DNA of 64,000 bases. Origin: Camelus ferus (lineage: Eukaryota). Shown here piece after piece: positions 13,401 to 24,993 of the stretch (its first letter is position 1; every line of letters starts with the position of its first letter). The notes under the pieces were generated by a model. It made no database searches. It was not told the DNA's origin and was given only the letters and a program-made list of their open reading frames with translations. The stretch is from positions 50,842,001 to 50,906,000 of the forward strand of contig NC_045696.1 in the NCBI RefSeq assembly GCF_009834535.1. Direction: 5' to 3'. The position numbers and the translations under genes were made by a program.

Positions 13401-15933
13401 CTCTTTAGACCATCCCCACTCCCCAGGAAAACCCAGTATGAGAGTATGTGATCCTCAGAAATAGACTAGCCAACCCCAGAGCTGCTAAACCACCCTATCA
13501 GCATAAGATTGATGCTCTTTCTTTTATCACCCCCACATATCTTGCAATTTTTTTTAATGGATTTACAACTGTTCAGTTTGGGCAATTTGTCTTTAAAACA
13601 GTGACAACTACTGAACTGATTTAAAAAAAAAACCTAATAATACTTACCACCAGTGCTTTCTGCATAATCATCTTGAAGTGAACTTGAACTTCTTTCCAAA
13701 TGTTCCATATATGAGTCATTGTCCCCTGAATATGATTCTTCCCCTTCAGTAAATGTTTCGTCTGTGGTATCTTCCAAAGATTTGTAATCCTCTTTCATAG
13801 CAGCTATTAAAAATCCTTTGTTTTAATAATTTCTAAATTTTAATGAAATATTTTCTTATTTCCAAAGTAGCTAGTACTTCCAATTCATTTGTGTTCTAAG
13901 TTGAATGAATTTTAAGCTCAAAAATCCCTACAAAAATCATTTTATTTGGTCACTCATAACTTTACAAAAATTTTTAAAAGCTTTTCCTGTGAGTTAATCT
14001 CTGTTTTCACTTCATTTCCAGTCCACTTCCACTTACAAGAAAATAAAATAGAAAGAAAAGAAGATTGGTCAAGTATGCTGCTATTACTTTTTTAATTCAA
14101 TTTGATTTGACCAAAACTTATTATTTATAAGGACCTTTTATGTCAAAGATAAATAATGCACATTCAAGAACAAACTTGTCTGGGTATGACTACCTCTGAG
14201 TGATATCACAGGAATAAGTTAGACTGTTTGCTTCAGGATAAGCTAGAAGAGAAAGAGAGTTGGAATGGGAGTAGAACAGACCTAGGTATAAGCCAACATT
14301 CAGATCAAGTCCAAACATGGGTATGGTTCAAATATACCATGTCAAGCAGGCGAAAGGGCGGGGTGAACTTTCAGGAGAACAAGGCAGAAATGGTAAGTAT
14401 GCCAGAAACAGTAGAACCACCGACTAGATCTATTTGAGATGAGGCTAAAAGATGAGGAATAAGGCCCAAGACTAACATAGATGAGGTGGGAAAGCTAAGC
14501 CAAGCCAATTAGCAAGACAACAGGACACGGTTCTGTAGGATTCGTGTATTTGTATAGAAAAAAAAAATTATCTTGGGCACCTAAATGGGCCCCACTGCTT
14601 GAATTCCCCCAAGGGAGAGCCTTGGGTAACTACCCTCCAATAACACCATTTAACAGGTATCTTAGATCTTTCTTGTGACCATCCCAAGCAAAGATTATTT
14701 CCCCATCTCAACACTAAAAACTTGACGTGTCGTCCTGCGACTTACCCCTGGGAACAGAGTTCAAGTTGCCATTAGATGAGTTAAGACTGCCAGTGAGAAT
14801 GAGAGAATCATTGATAAAGGAATTGGCAGTGAACACAGATAAAGGAGAATAAATCATTTGTTTTTAAATTGAAGTATAGTTGATTTACAGTGTTGTGTTA
14901 GTTTCTGCTATACAGCATAGTGATTCAGTTCTACATATAAATTTTATTTTTCATATTCATTTTCATTACAGGTTATTACAAGCTATTGAATATAGTTCCC
15001 TGTGTTATACAGTAGGACCTTGTTGTTTAGCTATTCTGTGCATAGTAGTTTGTATCTGCTAATCCTAAACTCCCGATTTATCCTCCCCCCCGATTTATCC
15101 TACCTTTCCCCTTTGGTAACCATACAGAATTTAATGTAAATTTTGTAAATGAATTGATTTCCCCAGGACCTGATCTCCTGTAACTGGATAGTAAAAACTG
15201 TATTTCTGAAACTATATTTAGGATTAGAACTAAAAAAAGTCAAGATTCCACCAGGCTACCTAACACCATGATGTTCAGTCAGAAAAAGGCAGCCATCTTT
15301 TAAAACTCTTATTAATTATTAAAAATTATTAATCTTAAAAATCCTTCACTTCCCCTTCCATCTGCACTCTGTGATATCCTTCCATGCATGTCATCCAATT
15401 TAATCTTCAAACAGCTCACAATCATCATTTTAATAGGTGAGAAAATTGAGGCTTAGAAAGGTGAAATAATTTATCCAAGATCAAACATCTCAAAGTGGTA
15501 GACCCAGGACTTAAAACTGAAATCCAGCTCTTCTTTTCCACTACAGTGGTGTAAGAGAAGTCCATTAAAGACTTTGTAGACCCTACAGGAGAAAGCCAGC
15601 AGATGTGAAGATAGGTCATTATCAACACAGAGATGACAGTACCTTCTGTGTTCCAGGAGCTAGAGATGAAATGATTAAAACACAGACTCTGCTCTTAAAG
15701 AACTTAAGGTTTAATAAGGGAATTAAATGAATAAATATCATTCTGTCATATAAACTTAGATATGTATTCTTTAAAATATTATTCTACCTGAATTTAATAA
15801 TAAAGACCCTAAGTGTAAATTATAATCTTTACTTACATCTTGTTGCAGATTTAAAGGACCGAGACTGCCTTTCATCACTCTTTGATCTATCTGATTTTCC
15901 CCCATCAGTATCCTGATCATCTGGTTCCTTCAT
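1228..15933 (-). CDS. CFAP44: CFAP44/WDR52 (cilia- and flagella-associated protein 44), 5' coding part: exons 15837-15933, 13648-13803, 12960-13119, 9524-9686, 4818-4921, 1228-1444; gene continues past the left edge
   Basis: Spliced translation [14 protein letters not shown]...[95 protein letters not shown]...[86 protein letters not shown] matches the recalled CFAP44 N-terminal WD40 region. Boundaries are GT-AG, and synteny with SPICE1 fits. Confidence 0.95.
1810..4340 (+). mobile_element. Old L1 (L1MC-like): 5'UTR/ORF1 remnant (~1810-3600) followed by 3' end (~3770-4340)
   Basis: Degenerate ORF1-type sequence (gaaagtagacaacatgcaagaatagatgggc..., aagaattacatctgacttctcctcagaaa) and L1M 3'UTR motifs (gaatggatacataaaatgtagtacat, ggaaaaggcaaaacta...gtggttgcca). 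Confidence 0.75.
4390..4748 (+). mobile_element. ERVL-type solo LTR (MLT2-like)
   Basis: ggatgttgctatgaaggtattttgtagg...gggtgggcctcatcccatcag...ttctgtttctctggaggaacc, typical MLT2 motifs. Confidence 0.7.
4818..4921 (-). CDS. CFAP44: CFAP44 exon 6 (104 nt here; a 3n+1 length is needed), carries an apparent 1-nt insertion
   Basis: Acceptor TAG|GTT CAC CCA ([14 protein letters not shown]), donor CAAG|GTGAGT; the 3' half reads [16 protein letters not shown] only after removing one base. Confidence 0.88.
5060..5479 (+). mobile_element. Lineage-specific L1 3' end with A tail
   Basis: acatggatggacctggagatcatcattctaagtgaa...tactgtatagcacaggaaactatattcaatatct...taaatgactatactttaattaaaaaaaa. Confidence 0.85.
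5605..5800. mobile_element. MER5A-like hAT-Charlie MITE
   Basis: gcatcagaatcacagggagggcttattaaa...ttctaacaagttcccaggtgatgttgatgctgctgg. Confidence 0.7.
6440..6665. mobile_element. MIR SINE
   Basis: acatttattgagtacttactatgtaccagacact...gatggggaaactgagg...gaggttaagtaacttgc core. Confidence 0.75.
6709..6800 (+). mobile_element. tRNA-derived SINE (camelid Vic-1-like), diverged copy
   Basis: ggggagggtatagctcag...gtcctgagttcaatcctcagtacctcc with A- and B-boxes; approximate TSD aa(g)tag(t/c)agattc. Confidence 0.75.
9524..9686 (-). CDS. CFAP44: CFAP44 exon 5 (163 nt)
   Basis: CAG|A CAT TCC TTT GGT ([17 protein letters not shown]...GIGVIG) GGG|GTATGT; phase 2 in, phase 0 out. Confidence 0.93.
12321..12552. 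repeat. Perfect 35-bp inverted repeat (12321-12355 / 12518-12552) with a 162-bp spacer
   Basis: aggagacgtgatgaggagaccaggaggcctctgat is the exact reverse complement of atcagaggcctcctggtctcctcatcacgtctcct. Confidence 0.95.
12685..12908. mobile_element. MER58A-like hAT MITE
   Basis: 16-bp perfect TIRs caggggttggcaaact / agtttgccaacccctg; 8-bp TSD acccaaga / acctaaga. Confidence 0.88.
12960..13119 (-). CDS. CFAP44: CFAP44 exon 4 (160 nt)
   Basis: TAG|AA TCT CAG TAT ATG GAA...([24 protein letters not shown]...LDLLTLV) GT|GTATCC; ORF 12911..13108. Confidence 0.92.
13648..13803 (-). CDS. CFAP44: CFAP44 exon 3 (156 nt), acidic low-complexity segment
   Basis: TAG|CT GCT ATG AAA GAG...([52 protein letters not shown]) G|GTAAGT; phase 1 to 1. 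Confidence 0.88.
14860..15123 (-). mobile_element. L1 3' end fragment
   Basis: ttttaaattgaagtatagttgatttacagtgttgtgttagtttctgctatacagc...ccctttggtaaccat. Confidence 0.8.
15837..15933 (-). CDS. CFAP44: CFAP44 exon 2 coding part with start codon (exon begins at 15938)
   Basis: CAG|AGGAA ATG AAG GAA CCA ([32 protein letters not shown]) T|GTAAGT. Confidence 0.9.
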
Positions 15934-17259
15934 TTCCTCTGTAAGCACAAAATTGAGAGAGAGAAATAGAGAGAGCTGTAAAATAGAAATCACTGACAGA
16001 TTTTTTTGCCCCAAATTCCATGAGAACCAAACACCATGTGTGTTGATAATCCTATGTTTGCATGGTATCCGAAATGACTTTACCATCAGGTGGGTACAGC
16101 CACCATCAGAGACCTCTGCAGAATGGCAAAATATAATCAGATATTCCCTTCCTCCAGGCAAACTTTTCACCGTGGTGCCCTCTGGTTTTCCAGAAAGCCA
16201 CAGTGAAAATAAAAATTAACCCTCTGCCAGCCTTCCTTTGGTTTACCTCCTTCTCTTCCTCCTCCCATCATCAAATTCCCCTGGTGTTACTAACCAATTT
16301 CAATTTTTAAATATTGTTGAGGACACCTTCTATGTATCAAATCTTATGTTAGCTAAATTATGGTACTGAACTAGAGAGGTATGATCCCTAACTTCGTGGA
16401 GCTTGTTTAGAAAGATAGGTGTTATACAAGCAATTAAAATATAATGAGTGTTACCAAAAATAGGGTGCTGTGCGTGCATCTAGCAAGAAGATTAAATCAT
16501 GTCTGGGGTTAAGGAAGAGGCATTTGAAGACACAGGGTGATGGGAGATCTTTAAAATCCAAATTCTATCATCTAGTACATTTTATATTCCTTTCAGTTTG
16601 GATACACAGGCTTGCTTTCTGTGCTCATACAAGTGACTCACTTTAGAATGAATAATTAAGTAATATCTGCTATTACAAGGCAGCGTCAGTTATGGCAGGT
16701 TGATTGCAGATGATCACATACTGTGGGTAAACATGTTCAGATAGCCACAAACATATCTCAATGCCATTTCCTCCCTTGATTTCAAGGTTCTCCACAGTTT
16801 AAAGCAGTTCAATTCTTAAAACTATTGGTCATCTTTATATACAGATGATACTATGTCAGGCCCTGCAGATGATACAAAGATGAGCACTATACAGCCCTTG
16901 GCTCTAAACAGTTTACAGTCTAAGAAAAAGAAATTGACAATTCTCTTTTCATATCATCTCAGAATAAACTTCTCTTCTAAATCACTGATTCAGACCCATC
17001 TGAGGTTGACCAGGATGGTCTGATCATCATGATTGAAGCAGCACTCTAAATGAAGATTTCCTTGATAAAAATCAACATTTAAGGTACTGGAAGGAAACGA
17101 AACTACTCTCTAAAGTGCCATGATGCAGGCCCCAAATAGGTGGAGGTAAGGCAGTCCCTCAACAAAACTGAACTGATATTCTATTGTTGCTATTCAATTA
17201 AGAACTAAATGAAAAATTTTAGTCTGCAAATTTCAATAACACTTCAGTCTGTAAACAGG

Positions 17260-17620
17260 TATTGTTTCACTTTCCTATTGTTGTCATACAAATTTAGCAG
17301 CTTAAAATGGCACCCATTTATTATCTTCCCAGTTCTATGGGTCAGAAATCCAAGCACAGTTGTGACTCAGCTGGTTCTCTGCTTAGAGTCTCACAAGGTT
17401 GAAATCAAAGTGTGGGCCAAACCCTCTTCATTTCTGAAGGCTCTGGGGAGGAATCTATTTCCAGGCTCACTTAGGTTGTTGGCAGAATCCAGTTCCCTGT
17501 GGTTGTAGGACTGAGGTCTCTGTTTTCCTGCTGGCTGTAGGTCAGTTTTTCTAAGCTTCCAGAGGCTGCCTGCATTCCCTGGGTCACGGCTCCCTTCAAA
17601 GCCGGCAACAGTAGGTCAAG
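17260..17620. mobile_element. MaLR (MLT1-type) LTR fragment
   Basis: catttattatcttcccagttctatgggtcagaaatcc...ctgaaggctctggggaggaatctatttccaggctcac...gttgttggcagaatccagttcc. Confidence 0.7.
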
Positions 17621-18784
17621 TACCTCTCAGTGAGTTACATCTCAGTTTTCTTTCCTGCTTCCCACCAATAAAAGCTTCATGAGATCATTTCCTACCCTTT
17701 AGTCTTTCCTTGTCTGCATACACTCATTTTTAACATCCTATAACTGAACATTAACTGGGTATAGATTCTAATCAAGAGCCTGTAAGACCTAATAAATTTA
17801 CTCATAAATTGATCATAAAATGGGTAAGAAACAATTATGCTAACTGAACCACTCTGCAAACAAAGGATCTGAACCACAACAAAAGGTTAAATGGTGTCAA
17901 GACAAAAGTACCACACTTTTTGTTATCATAGACAATATAATCCTCAGGTGGCTAATACCACCATGCAATAGACATTAACATCACCAACCTAGGTATACCA
18001 GGTTGTGTATAGTATGAAAGAAAATACTGGGGCTAAATGAATTTGCCCTGTCTTCTGAACTAGCGACACAGGACAAAAAATACTGAGATTTTTAGATTTG
18101 GGGGTCATAAAGGGTGACTGATGAACCTGTGAAAAGCAGGTGAGCAGGTCAGGTAGGAGGGGCTCCTGGAGTGCCAGAGATTAGCAGTGTAACTGGTGAG
18201 ATGGAATAAGGTAGACTTTATTTGTTTGTTTTGTTTGTTTGTTTAATTGTTTGTTTTTAGAATGAAGGGGTTGGGAAGGTGTATTGTAACCTGATGAGGC
18301 TTTGATGCCACAGACACTTGGGTTCACATCCCAGTTTCTCCAAGGAAAAAAGGTTAAGTTGGCCAAGGGCCAAGCCCCAGCATCCCTTAATGTGTTAGTC
18401 CTTTTATATGTAAAATCAGAATAATAAGTCATCTGGCAGAGTTATTGTAAGTACTAAATGAGATCTTATATCCATAGTTCTCAACTGTGGCTGCACTTTA
18501 GAATCAGTTGGAAAACTTTTTACAACATACCATTCTCAGGGTCTCACTCTCTACATAATTCTTTTGTGCAGCCAAGGATAAGAATCAGAGTTAAGGACCA
18601 CGGGTTTATATAAAACTCCTGTAGGTACTGGAAAATGGTAGTTGTTTTTACTATAGTTACTACACATTCTCTTTAATACAGTTAGGGCTCAATAAACATC
18701 ATAGGATCTTCAGAGTTGAAAGAGGTTTAATCCATCCAACCTCCCACCCAACATAAGTCACACACCTATACTCAGCCCAGCACC

Positions 18785-19060
18785 GCTAGAAAAGCAGTCT
18801 AGTGTGTTGGTCAGGCTGAGAGTATTGGCTAGAACTGCACTGACCGGGCTCAAAGCCCAGCTCTTCCTCTTACTAGTTGTAAGGTGTAAACAAGTATTTA
18901 ACCTCTCTGTGCCTTCTCACCTGTAAAGTGCAGTACCTACTTCATAAGGTTGTTCTCAGATCCCAATAAGTTAATACAGTAAAGCTTTGAAATAACAGTG
19001 ACTGTCACTCAGTATGTAAAATAGTTGAAGGGATGAATGTATTAATCCCTGAATAAATGA
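18785..19060. mobile_element. MIR SINE
   Basis: caaagcccagctcttcctcttactagttgt...atttaacctctctgtgccttctcacctgtaaagtg...gtacctacttcataaggttgtt. Confidence 0.65.
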
Positions 19061-21227
19061 ACAAATGAAGGAACACTTCTAAAGATGATCAACTTCAATT
19101 TTAACATTTCAGGTAAGAGGATGAGCACATTTCTGTTAATGTTCTCAGCTCTAGTTTTTAGTAAGTTCATTTTATGTTATATGAAATCTCCCTCCCTGCA
19201 ACTTGGGTCTATCTGGCCCTTATTCTTCTGAGAACACATAGAACAAGTTTTTCCATTTACTACAGCCATTCAAATAATTGTAGCTGGTTTACTTTCCTCC
19301 CCAGATCTTCTCTTTTCCCAGCTAAAGCATCTCAGTTCTTTCAACTATTCCTTGCTAATATGTTTTCAAATCTTTTCAGCATCCTGATAGCTCAAGAAAT
19401 TAAATTCCAATCCACCATATATCCCTCCCAATTTTGTATGTTCTTCGAAGGATCCGGATACTTTCCAGAAGATATAAACTATCACTTTACCTGCTGGGGA
19501 CACTGTATTCCTTCAAGGCAGCCTAATATTACATTATCTTTTGGGTAGGAAGGCTGGTTTATCATACCCTGACTCACATAATCCATTTGTAACCAACTAG
19601 AATAACTAAACCTTATCTGCATGTTCCTAACCATGTCCTATCTTATACAACTGAACTAGCTAGATTTGGAAGTCTATCTACAGAACTATCTTAAATCTGT
19701 TTCCTGGACTCAGGCTTATTGGTCCAGCCTGTGGCTAATTCTGTTAACCAGCTCTTTAGGCAGACTGTCAAGTTTCGTGTCAACCCTGAGGAAGTGTAAA
19801 CAGAAAAGAAAATCATAGTATGCAGTGGTGCAGCGGGTGTGTTGCTAGAAGGAGGTTGGCTGGAGGCCAGACAGGGTGCTCCCCAAAGTGACAGTACTCA
19901 GATTCATCCCCTACATTCCAGGGTCGGTCCCCGGTCCCCACTCTCACAAACTCCAACACTCCATCTCAACAGTGTGCCAGAGCTGTTCAGGTTGAGATTC
20001 ACAAAGATGACTGCATATAAACAGATACTTTGTTTTTACTTTATAGTGTGAAATACAAATGTGAAGAGAATAGTAGCTCCTGGTTTGTTAATGTTTACTG
20101 TGTGTCAAGCACAGTTCTGAGGATTCTACACATATTATTTCATATATTTCTCAAATCTCTGAGTTAGGTGCATCTTACAGATGAGAAAGCAGAGCAGGTA
20201 CTCTTTGAATCCTTCCCTCTCACTCAGTTCAGGCAGTTGGCTCCAAGTCCTGTTGCCAAGTGTCCAGTTATCCAGCCTTTTGTATCTATCCCCTCCCTTC
20301 TACTCTCCTGTCACCATCCTAGTTGTGGCCCTCATCTCGTCACACTTCCATCATTTCCACAGCTCATTCTCTCCCTTCTCTGGTCCGTTTCTGCACTGCC
20401 ACTTATATTTCTAAGACACAGCTTGCAGTGCACCATTCTTCTTGTTTAAAGCCATTAATGGTTCCTTGTTGCCATAGAATAAGAACTCAGATTCCTTGGC
20501 ATGGCCCAAAGGTCCTTCATCTTAGAGTCTGTAATTCACCTCCTGCCACCTCCCCACTTCCTGGACCCTCCTCAGCCTCTCCTCCTCCTCAAAGGTTTCT
20601 CATCAATATTGTAAATTGACTGTACTTCAATTTTTAAAAATTGTATCTTAGAAAGTTTACATTAGTAGCCATCTGGGTCAACTCATAATTGGCTGGACTG
20701 ACACACTGAGCTACTATATCCACCTGTGTGCAACAAAGATTTACTGTGCACCTACCATGTCATGCATAGGCCACACATCTTACCTGAATTCTCCTATTTA
20801 ATGGTAACAAGAACCCTATGAGGTAAGCACTATCACCTTCCCTTTTAGAGATGAAGACTAAAGCATAGAAGGTCAACTTGCCGAGTGTCATACAGCTTAA
20901 CGTGAGAGGGGTGGCTTGCTTGACCCCAGAACCAGGCAATTTCCCACCGACTCCCTACTTCTGGCTCGGCTGGGTCTAATTCGTACTCCTGGATTACGAA
21001 CTCCTTGCAGGCAGGAACAGTGTCCGCTTTGTATCTAGTGTGTAGCTCCATGCCTGTGAATGTTGTCACTTCAAACGTATGTCTGATCCACAGAAAGGAG
21101 AAGGAATGTGTCCCAGCCAAGCCCGGAGAACACTTGTTGGCCTTAAGAGAAGTCCAAGTGAGGTTCACTGCTCTCTAACAGATTGGGAAGTTGTGGGAAC
21201 TGCCAGGCTGCTGAGGTCCAAACTTAC

Positions 21228-21290
21228 CGAAGGCGCCGATCTCCGCAGCGAGTTCCTAGTCACAGCATCTGCCCAAGGTCTCCGTTTACC
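21228..21290 (-). other. CFAP44: CFAP44 non-coding exon 1 (5' end approximate)
   Basis: Strong donor TCG|GTAAGT (plus strand acttaccga, 21222-21230) immediately downstream of the CpG-rich promoter and X-box. Confidence 0.7.
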
Positions 21291-21293
21291 GCG

Positions 21294-21308
21294 GTTGCCA
21301 ACGGCAAC
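21294..21308. promoter_or_regulatory. RFX X-box GTTGCC-AAC-GGCAAC
   Basis: Perfectly palindromic half-sites matching the GTNRCC(N0-3)RGYAAC consensus at the promoter of a motile-cilia gene. Confidence 0.8.
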
Positions 21309-21929
21309 ACCACCCCGCCTCCGGGAGGGCGGAGACAGGCGTCCGTGAAGCTCATGCGCCGCCTAGAAGCAGCTTTTTAGAGAAATACCGCAGCGTGCCC
21401 GGAGGACATTCAATCTTATTTGCCTTTCTGGTCCCGGCTATTTCGTGGTCCATGACTCAAGATCAAAGCCAAACAGAAAGCCCAGCATTTTATCAGCTTT
21501 TTATCCCAGTTTAATTTTTATGTCCAGCTATATTATTATCATCATCCTAAGGATGCTTCATTGATAATTAAATGAAATGATCTGAACAATTTTGAAAATA
21601 TGCCCAATGATACAAAATGGCTCAAAGGGGCCCTGATCGCACACAATCATCAACAAAGATACGTCGCAGGGCGAATTTCCTTTTACTTCTTTGTTTTACA
21701 CTATGTTATCTTGTTGTCCTTTAAAAGTAAATATTTTATGTTGTGGGCTCCTTGGTCACGGGACTCTAGGCGCACAAAATACAGGCCTAGCTTCGCAGAT
21801 TTCTCGGTTCAGCAATCTGCTCTTCAACTGCTCTGTGGCACAGTCAGCGATTATACTTATTTTTAAGTACCTAACTAATCTGACTGCTTACAAAACGTTT
21901 TGAAATGGCTACAACTTCGCAATGTGACA

Positions 21930-22795
21930 AAAGACTTTGTGCCCAGAGTAGGTAAAGGATTCTTGTAATTCAACAAGAAAAAAACTAATCACCTAATTTT
22001 TAAATGGGCATAGGACTTTGAATACTTCACCACATCGGATGTACGAGCCGTCAATAAACACATGCAAAGATGCGTAACAGTAGGCCCCAGGGAGATGCAC
22101 GCTACAATGTTTACACTCCGCACCCACTGGAATGGGTAAACATTTTAAAACTGTCTGCACCAAATGTGGAAGGATGTGGAGCAAATGGAATTCTCACTAT
22201 ACTGCTGTTGGGAATGCACAGTAGCACAACCACTTTGAAAAAACATTTGGCAGCTTATTTAAAAGTTAGATACATAACAAGCCATTCCATGTCCAAGATA
22301 TTACCCAAGAAAATCAAAAACATCTGTCCAAAGCTTGAACATGAACGTTCACAGCAGCCATATTCATAAATAGCAGAAACTGGAAACAACCCAAATGGCC
22401 ATTGACAGGTGAATGGATAAGTATCTATAAAATGGAATACTACTCAGAAGTAAAAAGGAAGAAACTGATACACACAGCATGGATGAATTTCAATTAGGAT
22501 GAGTGAAAGAAGCCAGGCACAAACAATAATACAGGTGTGTGATCCCACTTATATAAAATGCAAACCAATCTATCGTGACAAAAAGCAGATCAGTGGCTGC
22601 CTAGGGCTGGAGCCAAGGGATAGACGCACTGCAGAGACAGGAGGAATCTTTTAGAGATGGCAGAAATAGTCTTAATTGTGGTGGTGGTTTGTGTATATAT
22701 ATGACTGCCAAAAGTCAATGAATTGTTCTCTTTAAATGTATGTATGGATGTCGTTTAATGTCTATAAATTATTTCTCAATAAAGTTGATAAGAAA
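21930..22795 (+). mobile_element. Old L1 (L1MB/ME-like) ORF2 end and 3'UTR
   Basis: aaatgggcataggactttgaatacttcacc...aaactggaaacaacccaaatggccattgacaggtgaatggataag...tctcaataaagttg. Confidence 0.8.
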
Positions 22796-22965
22796 AAGAT
22801 GTCTGTATTATATTTTATTAGTTCCATAATGTTCCACAATGATCTTCCAAAAATGTTGTACCATGCATTTGTTGGGAACATTAAAATGTTCTCCTTAGTC
22901 AAGTATTCTGCAGGATTAAAAAACAAGAGCATTATCCTTGCTGTTAATTATTAAATAGTACATCC

Positions 22966-23960
22966 AGGGTGTCAAAAAGTCAGAAGACATAGGATAAACT
23001 AATTTTTTATTGAAGTATAGTCAGTTTACAGTGTGTCAATTTCTGGTGTACAGCATAATGTTTCAGTCATAAATATATATGCATATATTCCTTTTCATAT
23101 TTTTTTCATTATAGGTTACTACAAGATCTTGAATATCTTATGCTATACAGTATACTGTATAAACTCGTTTATCTACTTTATATATAGTAGTTAGTATCTG
23201 CGAATCTTGCACTCCCAATTTAACCCTTCCCACCTCCCTTCCCCTCTGGTAACCATAAGTTTGTTTTCTGTGTCTGAGTCTTTCTGCTTTGTAAATAAGT
23301 TCACTTGTGTCTTTTTTTAAGATTCCACATATAAATGATGCCATGTGGTATTTTTTTTCTTTCTGGCTTACTTCACTTAGAATGATGATCTCCAGGTCCA
23401 TCCATGTTGCTGCATATGGCATTATTTTATTCTTTTTTATGGTTGAGTAGTATTCCATTATATATAAATACCGTATCTTCTTTATCCAGTCATCTGTTGA
23501 TGGATATTTAGGTTGTTTTCCATGTCTTGGCTATTGTAAATAGTGCTGCTATGAACACTGGGGTACATGTATCTTTTCGAATCAGAGTTTCCCCCCTGGA
23601 TATACATCCAGGACTGGGATTGTTGGATCATATGGTAAGTCTATTTTTAGTTTTTTAAGTAATCTCTATATTGTTTTCCATAGTGGCTGCACCAACTGCA
23701 TTCCCATCAGCAGTGTAGGAGCATCCCTTTTCTCCACACCTTCAGTATTGGATAAACTTATTTTTAAACAGCATGTTGGTTACATTTTTCAAATACTATG
23801 CTCAACATGTTTTATTTCAATCTCCAAACATCTTTTCAGGTGAAACAGCTCTAAATTTAAAGCACTGGGTCCAGTTATTAGTTTGAGAAAAACACAAATT
23901 CACTACAGAATGTCTGAAAAAATCCAGAAACACAGAAGGAACAGTGTATTTATTTGTACA
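22966..23960. mobile_element. Tc1/mariner-class MITE (DNA1_Mam-like) interrupted by an L1
   Basis: cagggtgtcaaaaagtcagaagacataggataaact resumes after the L1 as ggataaacttatttttaaacagcatgttggttacattttt; family name recalled, not searched. Confidence 0.55.
23008..23749 (-). mobile_element. Young 5'-truncated L1 with a 16-bp TSD
   Basis: TSD ggataaact(a/t)attttt at 22992-23007 and 23750-23765; TTTTT/AA endonuclease site; ORF 23138..23458 begins with an ORF2 C-terminal-like peptide ([32 protein letters not shown]). Confidence 0.9.
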
Positions 23961-23979
23961 CCAAAAACTTGGCAGTCAT

Positions 23980-24700
23980 CATTACTGAATGCTTGTGAGT
24001 CAGGTCCTTGTTCTTAACATATTTACATATATGTACCTCACTTAATCCTCACAACCCTATAAGAAAGGTATTCTCCCTGACTTTCAAGTGGGAAAAATGA
24101 GATTAATTTGCCCATGGGACACAGCCCAAGTAACAGAGATGGCACGAGAACCCAAGTTTTCTGATGACAACCCTTGCGCCCTTGGCCACTATGCTATATT
24201 AGTTATTTCTTTCCAGTTAGTACAAGTCCAATAGTTGTTTTAGAAAAGAGCTTCAAGTCCTAGCTTCCTTTCTTATAAGCACGCTGACATTGGGTCACTT
24301 CCTCCGCCTCTAGAGCTCAGCTTCCTCATCTGTAAAGGGCGGTGGGTGGCATTTAAACATGACCAACTCATAGGCTTACTGTGTGATTTAAACAGATAAG
24401 GGGCTAGTGCAGCTCAGCACCATGCCTGCCACAGCACAAGCTCAATAAGGCACACCTACTACCTCACGGGGCTTCCACAGCACACGCCGGGAGAGGGCAG
24501 CGCAGCACAGGCCCTGGAGAAAGATGGCCTACCTCCCCAGTCTAGTGCCGCCACTCCCTGCTTACGTGACCTTAAGAGACTGCTCACCTCCTCGTACCTC
24601 ATTTCTTCATCGGCAGAGTAAGGATACAGTACTTACCTCATAACAGTGTCAAGAAGTCTGTGGCTAAAACAGTACCTTCGCAAAAAGTAAACAGTTACTA
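23980..24700. mobile_element. Cluster of MIR fragments
   Basis: cctcacttaatcctcacaaccctataag; ctcagcttcctcatctgtaaa; cctcatttcttcatcggcagagtaaggata. Confidence 0.6.
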
Positions 24701-24993
24701 AATTCTGCCAATCCAAATGATTTTGCTATACAGTATAGGAATGATTATACCCTCAACTGTGGATTGAACTATCAATCTAGCTTCTCTTTCAAGCTGCAAA
24801 TTGGAGAACTGTAAATTTTATTAAAGTTTAGCAAGTGATCAGCAGCTTTCTGGGGCTGGAAATTGGAGGACCTATATGTTATAAAAAAAACTTGCTTCTA
24901 AACACAGGTAATGAGTTTGGACTGTTAAAGTAAATACAAATGCAGTACATCACAGTCAAATATAGCAGAGTTCCCCTGTCTGCAATGCTACAG

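Larger units (their letters stand above)
21225..21450 (-). promoter_or_regulatory. CpG-rich CFAP44 promoter with GC boxes
   Basis: Local CpG cluster in an otherwise CpG-depleted window; CCCCGCCTCC at 21313-21322 and GGGCGGA at 21327-21333. Confidence 0.75.

Noticed and set aside
15072..15101. Short tandem duplications (ccgatttatcct here; caaggatgccag at ~30020-30046; cttctgggtatat at ~54513-54538)
   Set aside because: Ordinary slippage duplications in intronic or repeat DNA
1..21200. Antisense lncRNA (CFAP44-AS1 is annotated in human)
   Set aside because: No exon structure can be supported from the sequence alone
1228..21450. Calling CFAP44 a pseudogene
   Set aside because: Only one lesion, in a homopolymer run; all other exons, splice sites and the X-box are intact
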